From NCBI RefSeq assembly GCF_006345805.1, contig NC_043001.1, forward strand, positions 127,410,001 through 127,474,000: a stretch of DNA of 64,000 bases, in the 5' to 3' direction. The notes under the pieces were generated by a model. It was given only the letters and a program-made list of their open reading frames with translations. It made no database searches and had not been told where the DNA came from. The DNA is from Octopus sinensis (Eukaryota). A program made the position numbers and the translations under genes. This document shows, in pieces, positions 24,941 through 38,915 of the stretch. How positions within the stretch are numbered: the first letter of the stretch is position 1; each line of letters starts with the position of its first letter.

Positions 24941-25552
24941 ATTCCAAAATACATGGCTAAAACATTATACATGGCTAAAAACAAAAAAAACAAACAAAAA
25001 TCTAACTCTGATGGAACTGGCAACAAGTAACATTTGGTTATCTAATGGCACATTGCAGTTAAATGGCCTTTCGTGAATACAAGCAAATATATATTCATCT
25101 CTTATTATAAAAGGCAGATTTTATCTGCCTCCCTTTGGGAGTTATAGAAATCTACAATATAGGATTTCTTCAATTACAATTTACCTAGCATTTTTAAGAG
25201 TACAATGCATCGCGTCATGCCAGGTCCAGTTTTTTAAATTTAAACTCCAATTAAGCAAAATTTACAGAAAACTCACATTCTGGTGTGTGTGTCAAATGCT
25301 TTTCTTAGTCTGGTTTACACCACACGCAAACGCACACACACAGTGTGCGACGAATAAAATGAAAGTAAATGTAATATTTGTTTCTGTCTATCACGCTGAT
25401 AGATACATGAGTAAAATGTATGGGAAGCTAACAGATAACAGTGAGTGAAAATATTCTTGGAAGAGAGTAAATTAGCGACAGAGTGATTTGAGCAAGACTA
25501 AACTGAAAGTATGAAACAGTGTTTATGTATAAACAGACGACACTTATATAAA

Positions 25553-25870
25553 CCCTTTCGTTACCAAACCGCCCGAATTTACCTATTCATATTTAAATGA
25601 GAATATCAGAGTAAATCTCTTTAGTACATTCGTGAAAACACGTATTATACTTCGTAAACACTTCAAATACAGTTTTGTACAAAAATCGAAGTGTAATTTT
25701 AATTCCGTGAATTATGGGACATTTTTTTCCGAAATTTGTTCCTATTGTGTTTTCAAAATTTGTAATTCTGACAAAAAATGGATACGAATTTCATTATATC
25801 AAGCAGCGAGTCAGAATTCGAAGGATTTTCTACTGAAGACCTTCATAAATCTAACTCAATGACTGAAAAA
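25553..25870 (+). mobile_element. Possible piggyBac-like 5' fragment
   Basis: Starts taaa|ccctttcgttacc; acidic N-terminus-like MDTNFIISSSESEFEGFSTED. No second TIR seen. Confidence 0.35.
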
Positions 25871-25878
25871 AAAAAGCA

Positions 25879-26273
25879 TCTTTATATAAGAGTGAAGTTG
25901 TGTGTCTGTCCCCTTCGATTTAGATTCGTAACTACTCCCACATTTTGCCGTGCAGTTTAACCAAAAGCGGGTATCTTATAGTCGTGATTCATATCGAGCC
26001 CTTCTGGGTATTAGCGCGCGTCTACGATGAGTCTACGATTTAAAAAAAATTTACCATCATATTTTTCCATTTTAATGCATTTTTTTCGCTTTTATATAAG
26101 GGAAGTAACTCTCTAAAAATATCAACGATGTGTCAACGATTTAAAAAAAAAAATACCTTAATTTTTTTTCAATTTTTAATGCATTTTTTTGCTATTTTTT
26201 GGCTATAACTCTCTAAAAATGCTTATATAGTTATTTCCCTTACAACCCGAGCAACGCCGGGCGATACTGCTAG
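25879..26273 (+). mobile_element. Non-autonomous Helitron
   Basis: A|TC...cccgagcaacgccgggcgatactgCTAG|T. Confidence 0.9.
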
Positions 26274-26277
26274 TGTC

Positions 26278-26311
<34 letters not shown>

Positions 26312-26315
26312 ATAT

Positions 26316-26356
<41 letters not shown>

Positions 26357-26398
26357 TATATACATATACATACATATATATATATATCTATACTTATA

Positions 26399-26539
<141 letters not shown>

Positions 26540-27402
26540 TATATATTTGTATGTATATATGTACGGATGTGTGTGTATGTATAGATAGATAGAGAGAGAG
26601 AGACAGAAATGTATGTGCGTATATGTATACATGTGTATATATATATATACATACCTATATATAATATATGTATATATTATGCATGTGCATGATGTGTCAG
26701 TTTGAAAATCAATGTATAATAGACTGTATCTTGGATCAAATGGCTATTTCGATATCGAATGTACATATATAAGCACATGAATACATGTATATATGTATAT
26801 ATGTATGTGTGTATGTACGTATTCGCATGTGTAAGTATATTTGCATATATATGTGCATGTGAATGTACTGTGTGTGTGAAAATGCATCTTTAAATTGGTG
26901 TGTGTATATACATGTCTAAATTTACGTATGGACGTATGTATTCATGTATGCATATGTGTCTATATGTATATACGAATGTATGTATACAGCCAATATTGTA
27001 AACTTTCTTGACAGCAAGCTGTTACATGAAATATAACCGCGTTAACAAGAATATTGTTTGAAAAGCAACATTTAATATATACCTTAGCGAACCATTCTGG
27101 CATTGTTCGCTATTTGTTTCGGTTTTAAATAAAAAATTTTTTAAATCAAATAACAAAAAAAAACATCTGAAAACACATAGAGCAAATTCAGTGAAAAAGT
27201 TTCAGGTAATTGAGAAGATAAAAGATATATGTGTTGGGGTGGGGGATGTATGCATGCGTGAGTGTGAGTAATTGTTTGTGTGGTTTTGCATGTGGATGTG
27301 TGATGTAGAACTGTGATTACACACACACACACACACCTACACACATACACACACACACACAAACACACACAGGTACACATATATATGAAGGTATACATTC
27401 GA

Positions 27403-27438
<36 letters not shown>

Positions 27439-27474
27439 TCGAATGTATACCCTCATATATATATGGGCATATAT

Positions 27475-28200
27475 ACAGGGTGTTCCAGAAGTCTTGGGCA
27501 CATTTCAAGTCTTCATATCTACTGGGCTGTTTGTGTGGTTTTGTATGTGAATGTATGATGTAGAACTGTGATTACACACACACACACACACACACCACAC
27601 ACACACACACACATACACACATACACACACACACAGAAACACACACACATAAAGATACACATACCGTAGTAAGATGAAACTGATACCATTTTAAAGCTAA
27701 ATTCATTAAGTTTCTTTGTAATGCTAATGATTTTTTCATATTTTTTCAGATCCAGTAATGGCGTTCACTCAACCAGAAAAGGCGTTTTGCGTCCTTGAAT
27801 TTGCAAAAATTGAATCATGGACACTTGTTCAACGTGCATTTCGGACAAAATTCCGAAAAGAGGCACCAGAAAGGAACTCCATATTGAGATGGCATGGTAA
27901 ATTCATGAAGGATGGGTTTTTGTACCTAGGTAAGAGAACAGGACGCCCCTCAACTTCAGATGATATGGTTGAGCGAGTTCGAACTGCCTTCGAGCAGAAC
28001 CTCCGTAAATTGATCAGAAGAGCCAGTACGGAATTCATTTTCCAACAGGATGGGGTGCCACTGCACTGGAGTCTCAGGGTTAGACAGTATCTGAACACAA
28101 CACTGCCAGACAGATGGATTGGACGGTCTGGGCGAGATGATCGCGTTCTCATGACCTGGCCTCCTAGGTCTCCAGATCTCACACCTTGCGATTTGAATAT
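27475..28200 (+). pseudogene. Internally deleted Tc1/mariner transposase
   Basis: ORF 27758: EKAFCVLEFAK...TGRPST, then a deletion, then FQQDGVPLHW...WPPRSPDLTPCD; tacagggtg terminus. Confidence 0.85.
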
Positions 28201-28509
28201 CTTGTCTTGGTTTGTCTCTGAATCATATCAGTATGGTGGAAAGTGTATGCGACTTGCTATGCACGCCTTATTGAACCTAAATTTTTAGGTTGTTTAATCG
28301 CCGGCGAGGCAACTTTCCGAGTAGGAGCGCGCCGCGGCAAGCATGTAAACTGCAGGCGTGAACCTCGGTGACGCCGACTGTGGGTGCAATAACCTCACAC
28401 ACAGATACTGCTGACATTTTTCATGGGCAATGGTCAATGATGGTCTTCTTTAGTCACAAGTGGACATCCATCATACATATATGTGATCGTGGGTATGCTT
28501 GAACACACA

Positions 28510-28510
28510 C

Positions 28511-28582
<72 letters not shown>

Positions 28583-28587
28583 GTAGG

Positions 28588-28631
<44 letters not shown>

Positions 28632-28650
28632 AGATAGATAGACAGGTAGG

Positions 28651-28700
<50 letters not shown>
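28510..28700. repeat. (ATAG)n
   Basis: Direct reading. Confidence 0.97.
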
Positions 28701-28703
<3 letters not shown>

Positions 28704-28803
28704 CATACATATATGTATAAATTTTGTATACATTTATACATACATGTATAAATCGTTCTCAGTGGATGATTTATGATAATTAAAAATAGAAGACATGCAC
28801 GCA

Positions 28804-28874
<71 letters not shown>

Positions 28875-29194
28875 ACGCACACAGTTTCAGTTTAAATTTG
28901 ACAACTTTTTTTGTCTCTTCTCTTTTGAGGAACGGCTTGATGTATTGGTGAACAGTTAATGGCGTTTGAAGAGCATTGAGATAAAATTTGTTGTTGAGAA
29001 ATAGTTTGCTGACATGGAGGGCCGGAAGCCATCTGCATATTGTAAACAGTTACCGTTATCATGATGATTAGTGCCGGGTATCAAAATGGCGATATAATGA
29101 ATGATGCTCAATGCTCTGTAAAGGTTGTGACGGTCTTTCGGCGTCTCCAGTGCGGCGGAGACATCATACCACTCCACATATTTTAACAAGGGCT

Positions 29195-29530
29195 TAGGCT
29201 CAATTCAGGCGGCTATGTGAAGCTGCGGAAGACTTTGATGAAATCCTGGCTGGAGTGGGTTGCCGTTGGAAGACCATGAAAGGTAGGAGAGTCCAGTTTG
29301 CTGGACATTGTTGTAGAGCTGAAAAAGAAGTAATTTCTACTCTTCTCCTCTGGAAGCCATCTACTCGCAATACCAGAGGTCGCACACTCTCCTACCCTGA
29401 TGTATATCCAGGGATACAGGCATCCAGCAACAGGACCTCCGTAATGCCATGATGGACCGTGAAGTCTGGCGTAGCATGGTAAATTCCATTGTCTCGACCA
29501 CGGTCGAACAATGATGATGATGATGATGGA
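29195..29530 (+). mobile_element. RTE-like LINE 3' end with (TGA)n tail
   Basis: RRVQFAGHCCRAEKEVISTLLLW...AMMDREVWRSMV. Confidence 0.8.
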
Positions 29531-29662
29531 AGACCATATATGTGGTAGAAGCATTCGGCCATGCCTCCAGAAAGAGTCGAAAGTGATTGTCAGAGAATTT
29601 CTACTTCACCAGCTCCAACTTCTGACTTAATTTCTCCGATTGTATTACTATGTGAGGAGCGT

Positions 29663-30041
29663 GGAGGCGCAATGGCCCAGTGGTTAGGGCAGTGGACTCG
29701 CGGTCATAGGATCGCGGTTTCGATTCCCAGATCGGGCGTTGTGGGTGTTTATTGAGCGAAAACACCTAAAAGCTCCACGAGGCTCCGGCAAGGGATGGTG
29801 GTGATCCCTGCTGTACTCTTTCACCACAACTTTATCTCACTCTTACTTCCTGTTTCTGTTGTACCTGTATTTCAAAGGGCCGGCCTTGTCACTCTCTGTG
29901 TCACGCTGAATATCCCCGAGAACTACGTTAAGGGTGCGCGTGTCTGTGGAGTGCTCAGCCACTTACACGTTAATTTCACGAGCAGGCTGTTCCGTTGATT
30001 CGGATCAACCGGAACCCTCATCGTCGTAACCGACGGAGTGC
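29663..30041 (+). mobile_element. SINE head C plus tail T1, full length
   Basis: Similarity to 10753-11128. Confidence 0.9.
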
Positions 30042-30045
30042 TTCC

Positions 30046-30290
30046 ACATGTGAGGAGCGCAAGGCCGAGCTGATGGCTATCATCAAAGAGAAGCTCGAAG
30101 ATCTTCCCAGGGACTCAGTGAGGGACTCATGCACCAGGGTCAGGAGACGTCTTGAGGCTACAATTGAAACTGAAGGCGGCCACTTTGAGTAAACTCTTAT
30201 CTCCCAATCATAATTTGGTTGATAATTTTGGGATTGTCTTATTGTGTTTTCTTATCCGTTTATACAAACTGTAAAATTTGACCCGAACAT
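30046..30290 (+). mobile_element. mariner C-terminal fragment
   Basis: KAELMAII...CTRVRRRLEATIETEGGHFE*. Confidence 0.7.
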
Positions 30291-30587
30291 GTATGTACAT
30301 ACATGCATACGCACTCACACACGCATGCGCACATACGCACGTGCATATGTGTGTATGTGAGAGTGTATAATCTTTTTCGTTTTTTTTATTGTTTGGTTTC
30401 TATTAAATTTCCTTTATGGCAAGTGCAAAAAAATGTAATTATTCCATTGTTATATCGGGGTCGATTAATTAAGTACCAGTTGCGTACTGGGGTCGATCTA
30501 ATCGACTGCACCCCTCCCTAAAAATGTTGTTGTTATTATTATTATTGTTATTGTTATTATTATTATTATTATTATCATTATTATTAT

Positions 30588-33265
30588 TCAGTAGTTTTAT
30601 TTTTATAGCGTGCTTTCACTTCACTACCGAGCGCAGCTCTGTGTGCCTTGGGTATGTGCTGTGATTTGTTGTGATGCTCTGATGGTTATTGTATGTTAAG
30701 TGTTCTGCGTAGGATGTGTGCAGTGCCTAGTTGTGCAATTTTCTGTATGTTATATGTGTTTGTAAGTCCTGGTGTTTTTTATTTCATTGGTTTTATCTAG
30801 TGTGATGTTGTTACTCTTAACTAGTTTTCCTCTTTTCATGGTTACTTTGGCGCATTTTTCTAATCCAAATTTCATATCTATTTCTTTGGTAAATCCATGA
30901 ACTGTCTTTAATAGTGTTTCCAGCTGTTTGTCATTTGCAGCGTATAGTTTTAGGTCATCCATATATAAAAGGTGGCTGATCGTTTTGCCGTAACATTTAT
31001 ATCCGCAACCAGTTCTATTTAGCATATCAGATAGAGGTGACAGTGCCAAGCAGAAAAGGAGTGGAGAGAGCGTGTCTCCCTGGAATATTCCTCTTCTAAT
31101 GGGGATGTCTTTGGTTTTTATGAGTCCCTCTTTTGTTTGGAGGTGTAGGACTGTCTGCCATTTATTCATAGAGTGCTCTATGAATTTTATGATTGTTGGT
31201 GCTACTTTGTTAATGGCTAGTGTTTCGAGGATCCATGTGGGGGGTGCTATCAAACGCCTTTTTGTAGTCAATCCAGGCCATACTGAGGCCTTTTCTTTCT
31301 GTGGCTGTCTTCAGTTACGGCTTTATTAATCATTAGTTGATCTTTACAGCCATATGACCCCTTGCGGCATCCTTTTGCTCTTCTGGGAACAGTTTGTTTT
31401 CGTCCAGGTTGTTCAGCCTTTGCGATATCACTGCAGTAAATGCCTTGAACATAGTAGGGAGGCAGGTTATTGGTCTGTAGTTTTCTGGTTTTGTTGTTTC
31501 ATTTGATTGGAGAATTAGGATGGTTTCCCCTTCGTGAGCCATTCAGGCATTGTCTCTGGCTCTGCTAGTATGCTGTTAAAGTTTTCAGCCAGCTTTTTGT
31601 GCATCCTGTTAGATATTTCAACCAGAAGTTGGGGATCTTGTCATGCCCAGGTGCCTCCAGTTGCTTAGTTTTTGCAGTGCCTGGGTGACCTCTTCAGTTG
31701 TTATGGGGGTCCAAAGTTGTTCAGATGCCGAGTTTGTTATTTTCATACTCCTTTTTTTTGGCTGTTCGTTCGCCGACCATATTTCTTTCCAGAATTCTTC
31801 CATTCTTCTGCCGTTGGTGCTGCAGTGACTTCTATTTTATTTTTGCCCAGTTCCTGGTAGAACTTTTTGGGGTCGGAGTTGAACTTTTTGTTCTGTTCAA
31901 AGAAGCGTTGGCGTTTCTCGTACCGGCGGATCCTTTGAGCTTTGGCAAGGATATCTTGCTTCAGCTTTTCTTTTATCTCCGGCAAATCTTTTTCTGTGAT
32001 GTTATATTTGCGGAGCATTTTTGTTCTCTTTTTGTTGCTCAGTAGCGTTGCTTGTTTGCTGATTTCATTAAGAATCGACAGGTTTTTCTAATTTTTTTTA
32101 TTTTGTTTTGGATGTTTTATATCCACAGGTTTGTTTGGGTGGTGGTACTCCTGTTTGGGCGGGTTTTGGTGAGTATCCAGCTTCTTTTGTGGCTGCAGTG
32201 GCTGCTGCGTATATCAGGTCATTTAGTTCAGTGATATCACTTTTTTTGTTTCAGTGGCTAGTTCAGTGACGGCTAGGTTTATGTTGTTTATAATTGGTGT
32301 TGTTATTGCGTTTATTTTTATTCTTGGGAGGTATGGTCGGTGGTCCATTTTGAGCTCTGTGGTTTTTAGTTCTTTGATTATTTTATTTTTTATATTATCA
32401 ATCATTAGGCTCCCCTTCGTGTTTACATCGTGTTTGTTGGGAATGTTGCGTTTGTCTTCGTGTTTACAGTTTCAGTGTTTATATTATTGGGCATTGTTGT
32501 GTGGCTTCTATCTACATTTTCCTGGTGTATTTTTTCTTTTAAATGTTCTATTTCTATTTCTGATATTTTTGGCTTTGAGAATGTATCTTCGTACGTTAGC
32601 TAATTTTAGGGTTCATTGCTGTATCCAAGTCTATATCTCTATTATTTTCCTTCCATATTTTATATGTATGTGTTGTTGTATTTTCATTTTTTGGGTAGAG
32701 CATTGCTGTGAAGTATGCGTGTAAGATAGAAATGTATTCCTCACGTGTCCATTTACGTCTTTTGGGTTTTAATTGCGGGACATGAGGTACAACGTCCGGC
32801 CCATTATTTTGACGGTCGTCATTTTCGTAGGGTACCGGTCCGTTTATTTCTGTTGTCACATTATTTCGCACGTGTAGTTTTTCGTACATTTTTTGTTGTA
32901 GGTTTAATGTACGTACCGCTCGATTGTTATTCTTGGGTTGAATAGTATCGGTGGCATTTAATTTCTTCGTGTTTCCTTTGTACATGGTGTTGAGGTCGGG
33001 GATGATCGTGTTGTTCCACGCATGTTTACATGTGTTGTGTTAGAGGTGGAGATAATATCGAGTCAAAATACATCCTTTCGTTTCGAAAATAGTAATAAAT
33101 TTCAATTCGTATTACTTACTCGGATATAGTCCAATTCTTTGTTAGTAAATCTTTGGCTCCATAGGGTGTCCTTGTTTTCGATGTTTGTGGATAGATTTCG
33201 GAGCTCTGTATTTTCTTCTTACATCTTAAACGTCCCGGTGTCTTTCTTCTTCTTCTCTTCTTCTT
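30588..33265 (-). mobile_element. R4/Dong-clade LINE, end-to-end relic with internal deletions
   Basis: N-terminus RRKWTREEYISILHAY; RT motifs NYRPITCL, GIFQGDTLSPLLFC and HLLYMDDLKLY; 3' end attached directly; (TTA)n on both sides. Confidence 0.9.
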
Positions 33266-33306
33266 CTTCTTATTATTATTATTATTATTATTATTATTTA
33301 TTATTA

Positions 33307-33340
<34 letters not shown>

Positions 33341-33349
33341 TTATTTTAT

Positions 33350-33985
33350 TCTATGTTTGACTTTTGCTTTACATTTGCACAAGCTGGCTCCAAGTCTCAC
33401 CCAGAGACAACAAGTTGGAAGTAATGCTGGTGTTATGCCTAGGGTGCCATATATTGGTTTTGTACATAGTGTTGTACTAGTGAATGCCTAAAGAAACATA
33501 CGAAAATTATGTTTGTTTAAAACTTGAGATTACATAGAAAGTATTTTGCGTAGGATATGAGCAGTTCCCATGAGCACTATCTTTTGAATTTCTGCCATTT
33601 TGGGGTTTCCTGGTATCTGAGTTAGGTAGCAATCAGCCCCCTTTGCTATCATTGCCCAGGGCACCTATGACAACAGGTATTGTTTTAGTCTTCAGGTTCC
33701 ACATTTTGCTGTGATTTCTATTTCAAGATCTTATATTTGCTCAGTTCTGGTAGGTCTTGACAGATACGTTTATATCGATTGGGACAATCATATCAATGAG
33801 GAGGCATGTTTTTTGTCTGAAGTCTTTTACTATGATGTCTGGCCTATTCGCATCTATCTTTCTGTCAGTTTGAATGGTGAAGTTCAAAAGGAGTGAGATG
33901 TGGTCATTGTCAAGCACTGGAGGTGGTTTGTGTTCCCACCAGTTTTTATCATGGGGCAAGTCCAGGCTTTTGCAAATTACCCAGT
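33350..33985 (-). mobile_element. R4/Dong LINE 3' end
   Basis: DRKIDANRPDIIVKD...LIDMIVP.D.NVS.K (REL endonuclease); (TTA)n on both sides. Confidence 0.85.
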
Positions 33986-34149
33986 ATTATTATTATTATT
34001 ATTATATTATTATATTATTATTATTATTATTATTATATTATTACTATTATTATTATTATTATTATTATTTTATTATTACTATTATATTATATTATTATTA
34101 TTATTATATATTATTATTATTATTATTATTATATTATTATTCATCATTA

Positions 34150-34620
34150 TTGAGTGAGAGAGCAGTGCTTGCCATCAAAGTGACACTGGGGTAAAATATA
34201 CGAAGCCCAGTATACCTATCATGACTACCCGTCTGATAAAGGTACACCAGGCACATGTATGACAACCACATGTGCGCGACATGGTGATCTCTTATCAAGA
34301 TAAACAGCGCATGACCTTGCAGGTGGGGCCCAGTTCGAATTTTCTTCTGGTCGAGTAGCCCATCGCGCTCAAAAGGTCCCTGAATAAGGATTGTTTAAGG
34401 ATGTTGAACGAAACACCCATGTTTCCAAAGGTGAATTATCCAAACCTCCAAGAATTCCTTTCAACACACGGCTATGATGCCCTCCACATATGATGCACAT
34501 ATCGACAGCCACTAAGGGACATGGTCAACTGGTTAAGGTCAAACAACTGACAAGCAAATCTGTGGTATTGAACAGAATATTTGCTGTAGCCCATCTTTTA
34601 TACTAAGACAAAACAATGTT
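34150..34620 (-). mobile_element. Unclassified non-coding element between (TTA)n tracts, probably a LINE or SINE 3' end
   Basis: Complex sequence ending ctctctcactc plus (AAT)n on the minus strand; no ORF. Confidence 0.4.
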
Positions 34621-34639
34621 GTTGTTATTATTATGATTA

Positions 34640-35385
34640 TGTTTTTTCCTTCTTTCTTCAAATTTTCTTCCGTTTCTCGCCGAGTGTTTTCCATACACCT
34701 AGGGCAGAGAAGCTCATTGTATGCATTCCCAGATTACACACGCAAATTCACAGATAAAATATGTATTTAAAAATTAATAAATAAATAAATTCATGGATGG
34801 ATGTTGTTTTCACAGCGATAATGCTCTTCTCAGTACATGAGCCGTTCCAGTTAATTTTTTGCACTGCCTGTAGGGATGGTAAGCCTGGAATCATTTTCAA
34901 ATAGGTTTCAGTACCTTTTTTTATAATTCCTAGAGATCCTACAATCACTGTTACTGTAGTCGCCTTGAGATGCCACATTTTTTCAATTTCTATTAGTAGG
35001 TCTTTATATTTACTAATCTTGTCAAATTCTTTCGCCACTATATTGTGATCGCAAGGGATACTCATGTCAATTAATAAACACATCTTTTTTGTCTGATCTT
35101 TTATAATAATATCGGTTTATTAACTTTTATAGTCTTGTCGGTCTGTACGGGGAAGTCCATAGAATCGACACATTTTCTCCCTCAGTCACAGCTTCAAGAT
35201 GGGTGTTTATACCATTGTCAGCGGTTTGATTTTATAATACCGACATATTGTCCAATGTAATTACTGCCGACTCGTCATGTCTTGCTTATATTCTGCAGGT
35301 GCTAAGACTCTACACCCTGAGATTAGGTGGCCTATTGTTTCAATCTCATCGTTACAGAATCGGCATTTTGGGTCAGCTCCATTTT
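34640..35385 (-). mobile_element. R4/Dong LINE 3' end (different subfamily)
   Basis: CLLIDMSIPCDHNIVAKEFDKISKYKDLLIEIEKMW...VIVGSLG. Confidence 0.85.
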
Positions 35386-35390
35386 TTTAG

Positions 35391-35445
<55 letters not shown>

Positions 35446-35505
35446 TATTATTATGATTATCATGTATTATTATCATGATTATTGTTATGCTTAGTATTAT
35501 TATTA

Positions 35506-35552
<47 letters not shown>

Positions 35553-35599
35553 TATCATGATAATTATTATATCATGATCATTGTTATTATTATCATGCT

Positions 35600-35630
<31 letters not shown>

Positions 35631-36392
35631 ATTATATCAGATTATTGTTATTATTATCATGCTTATATTATTATTATTATTATTATATTATTATATTATT
35701 ATTATTATTATTATTTACACAATCTCAAATTTTCACATGTTGTCTGCCTCGCCCTCACAGATGTCAAAGCAGACCCTGCTGCGAAAAATGAATCCTTGAC
35801 AAAGGTTGACAAAGGTTGACAAAGGTTGACATATGAAAGGTAGAAATGTTGTAATCCCATTATCGTGTTCCAAACCAATGAGTTTCGTCAAATAAATCTT
35901 AATAGATCAATGATTGTGTGTTGTTTTGTTTTTTTTTTTCTTTTATTGTCATTTTGCTTGTTTGTTTGTTTCTAGAGGTGTGGCGGGTGATTAAAACAAA
36001 TAAAGACATAAAAATACAAATATAATCTTGGAGATATAAATAGACTTCGCGTTTAGTAAATGTAGGAAGACGTGCTGAAAGGTTTTCTGAAGAAGTATTT
36101 TTTAATGTACGTAATTACGTACGTACGTACGCACGTATGTATGTATGTATGTATGTATGTATGTAGTATGTATGTATGTATGTATGTATGTATGTATGTG
36201 TGTGCGTGCGTATGTATGTATGTATGTATGCATGCATGCACGCATGCACGTATGTATGTATGCATGTATGTATGTATGTATGTATGTATGCATGTATGTA
36301 TGTATGTATATATGTATCTATATATGTGTGTATGTATGTATGTATGTATGTAAGTATGTATGTATGTATTGTATTAGTGGTGTATGTATATG

Positions 36393-36445
<53 letters not shown>

Positions 36446-36469
36446 CTATATATATAATATATAATATAT

Positions 36470-36665
36470 AGTTAATCCAAACAGGAAAGCACAAAAAAAA
36501 CACAACAACGCGAGGACGTGGAAAAATATAGTATTATTGGACGCTCAGGAAAGAAGGAAAGAAGGAGGGTTTAACGTTTCGAGCGGAGCTCTTCGTCGAA
36601 ACATAGGAGAAGGAAAGATCCAGAGAAGGGAAGACGGAGGAAAAAAATCCCAACGGTACACACAA
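36470..36665 (-). mobile_element. Short PLE pLTR-like element with hammerhead-like motif
   Basis: Minus strand GTTT-C.GACGA-A-GAGC-tcc-GCTC-GAAAC-GTT-AAAC (36569-36602); abuts (TA)n. Confidence 0.6.
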
Positions 36666-36681
36666 CACCCTACTCCACACA

Positions 36682-36764
<83 letters not shown>

Positions 36765-36839
36765 TTCGAGACAAAACCACTATTTTGCAAATCAAACAAG
36801 GAAAGACTTAATCAATACATAAAAAATTTTAATATAAAG

Positions 36840-37015
36840 CCTCGCCAGGATCATTGGCCCGGTTCCCGGTTTCAACGGCGTATGTGTTTCCCAGCTGGAC
36901 GGGATGCCAGTCCATCGCAGTGTTACTCATTCTTGCCAGCTGAGTGGACTGGAGCAACGTGAAATGAAGTTTTTTGCTCGAGAACACAACGTGTCGCCCG
37001 GTCCAGGAATCGAAT
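36840..37015 (-). mobile_element. SINE head D plus tail T3
   Basis: Family D body, then gcgatggactggcatcccgtccagctg...gaaaccgggaaccgggcc. Confidence 0.75.
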
Positions 37016-37258
37016 TTATTTACTTTATTTATTTATTTATTTATTTTTTATTTATTTATTTATTTATTTATTTACTTTATTTATTATTTATTTATTTATT
37101 TATTTACTTATATTAAAAATTTTATGTATTGATTAAGTTTTCCTTGTTTGATTTGCAAAATAGTGGTTTTGTCTCGAATTAATATTATATATATTTTACT
37201 ATTAAAATTGGATTTATTCCTAAATCTGATTTTTTCCCTGTAATTTTGGATTTATTCC

Positions 37259-37313
<55 letters not shown>

Positions 37314-37671
37314 GGAAATGTACGTATGTCCACACATACATACATGTATTGTGTAAAAGAACCACCATGAATCAGAAAAAACTACATCCGGCAATATAGA
37401 TGTAGCGTGAGATTTGAATAGGGTCGGTGTTGTTTATCTCTGGTTTTCTTAGTGGCGTAAAAGAAATGAGATTTGTGATAGATAATTCCTTTGTGTAGAG
37501 AGGGTGTGACGCAGACAGATCTTTCATCTACCGATGTAGAAGTAAAATCTACACAGAAATGAATCACACAAAAATTTCATGGTGCTTGCACGCACGCACG
37601 CACACACACACACACACACAAGCGCACGCACGCACGACGTTCGCACACACACACACACACACACGTGTATG

Positions 37672-37816
37672 TGAGGGTGTGTGGATGTTAAAAAGTTTGC
37701 TTCCCGACCACATGGTTCCGGGTTCAATCTCACCGCCTGACACCTTGGGCAAGTGTCTTAAACTGACCGAAGCTTGTGAATAGATTTGGCAGACGGAAAC
37801 CGAAAGCGCGCGCGCG

Positions 37817-37853
<37 letters not shown>

Positions 37854-38278
37854 ATGTGTGCATGTGTGTGTGTGTGTGTGTGTTTACGTGTGTGTGTGTG
37901 TGTGTACGTGTGTGTGTGTGTACGTGTGTGTGTGTGTGTGTGACTGGGGTGTGTGTCGTGTGTGTGTGTGTGTGCCTGTGTGTGTGTGTGTGTGTACGTG
38001 TGTGTGTGTGTGTGTGTGTACGTGTGTGTGTGTGTGCGTGTGTGTGTGTGTGTGTGCGTGCATGTGTTTGTGTGTGTGTGTGTGCTTTGTGTTTGCATTT
38101 TCCTGCCACCACCGCTTGACAACCGTTATTGATTGCTTATCTCCCAGTAGTTTAGTGATGAAACAATCGCCAGGCTTTAAAAAGGAATAAGTATTGGGGT
38201 CGATTCGTTCGACTAACATTTTTCAATATGCTGCCCCAGCATGGTCGCTATCTGATGACTGAAACAAGTCAAAGATAA
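37672..38278 (+). mobile_element. SINE B with ~290-bp internal (GT)n
   Basis: Diverged head 37672-37805, tract 37810-38095, tail to 38278. Confidence 0.75.
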
Positions 38279-38641
38279 AATATATATACATATATGTGTG
38301 TTTGTATGTATGTGTGCGTGTGTGTGTGTATACGTAGATCCCCGCCGGTTTCGACAATAAGGGTTCACTTGTCCGTTTAACTAAATTGCCTACACATTGA
38401 ATTACTAACAGGTTGAGTATTCCATGGACACGTGACTATACCTTTCAATTGCATATACAAAATATCCGACAGGCTTCCTAACACTTTCCGTTTTCTCCAA
38501 TTCCATTCACGTCACTTGAGTCCACTTGAGACAACAGTAAGAGACGCATGCACAGGATACGACTGGTACGTTCCATCCAGAGACTTCGTGGATGCCAAGT
38601 GAACTACTTAAACATTCAGCCCTGCTTTGCGCATACGAGTA

Positions 38642-38715
<74 letters not shown>

Positions 38716-38717
<2 letters not shown>

Positions 38718-38915
38718 CGGGAAAGTTTACGAAAATAAACAAAAGACGTAGGCAGGTGGAGTACAAACAAACAAATGTATTAGTATAGTGCTCAGGAATA
38801 GAAATAGAAAAAGTCCTTTACGTTTCGAGCCTACGCTCTTCGACAGAAAGATACACAGAAAAAAAAAACAAGGAGAGAAAAAAATGCGTGTAGAAGCTAA
38901 CGATCTATCATGGCG
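38716..38915 (-). mobile_element. Short PLE pLTR-like element (family of 54374-54590)
   Basis: Minus strand CTTT-CTGTCGA-A-GAGC-gtag-GCTC-GAAAC-GTA-AAGG (38815-38850); abuts (TA)n. Confidence 0.65.

Noticed and set aside
28290-28400. GC-rich island as an HDV-like ribozyme
   Set aside because: I could not build consistent P1, P1.1 and P2 pairings on either strand by eye; left unexplained.
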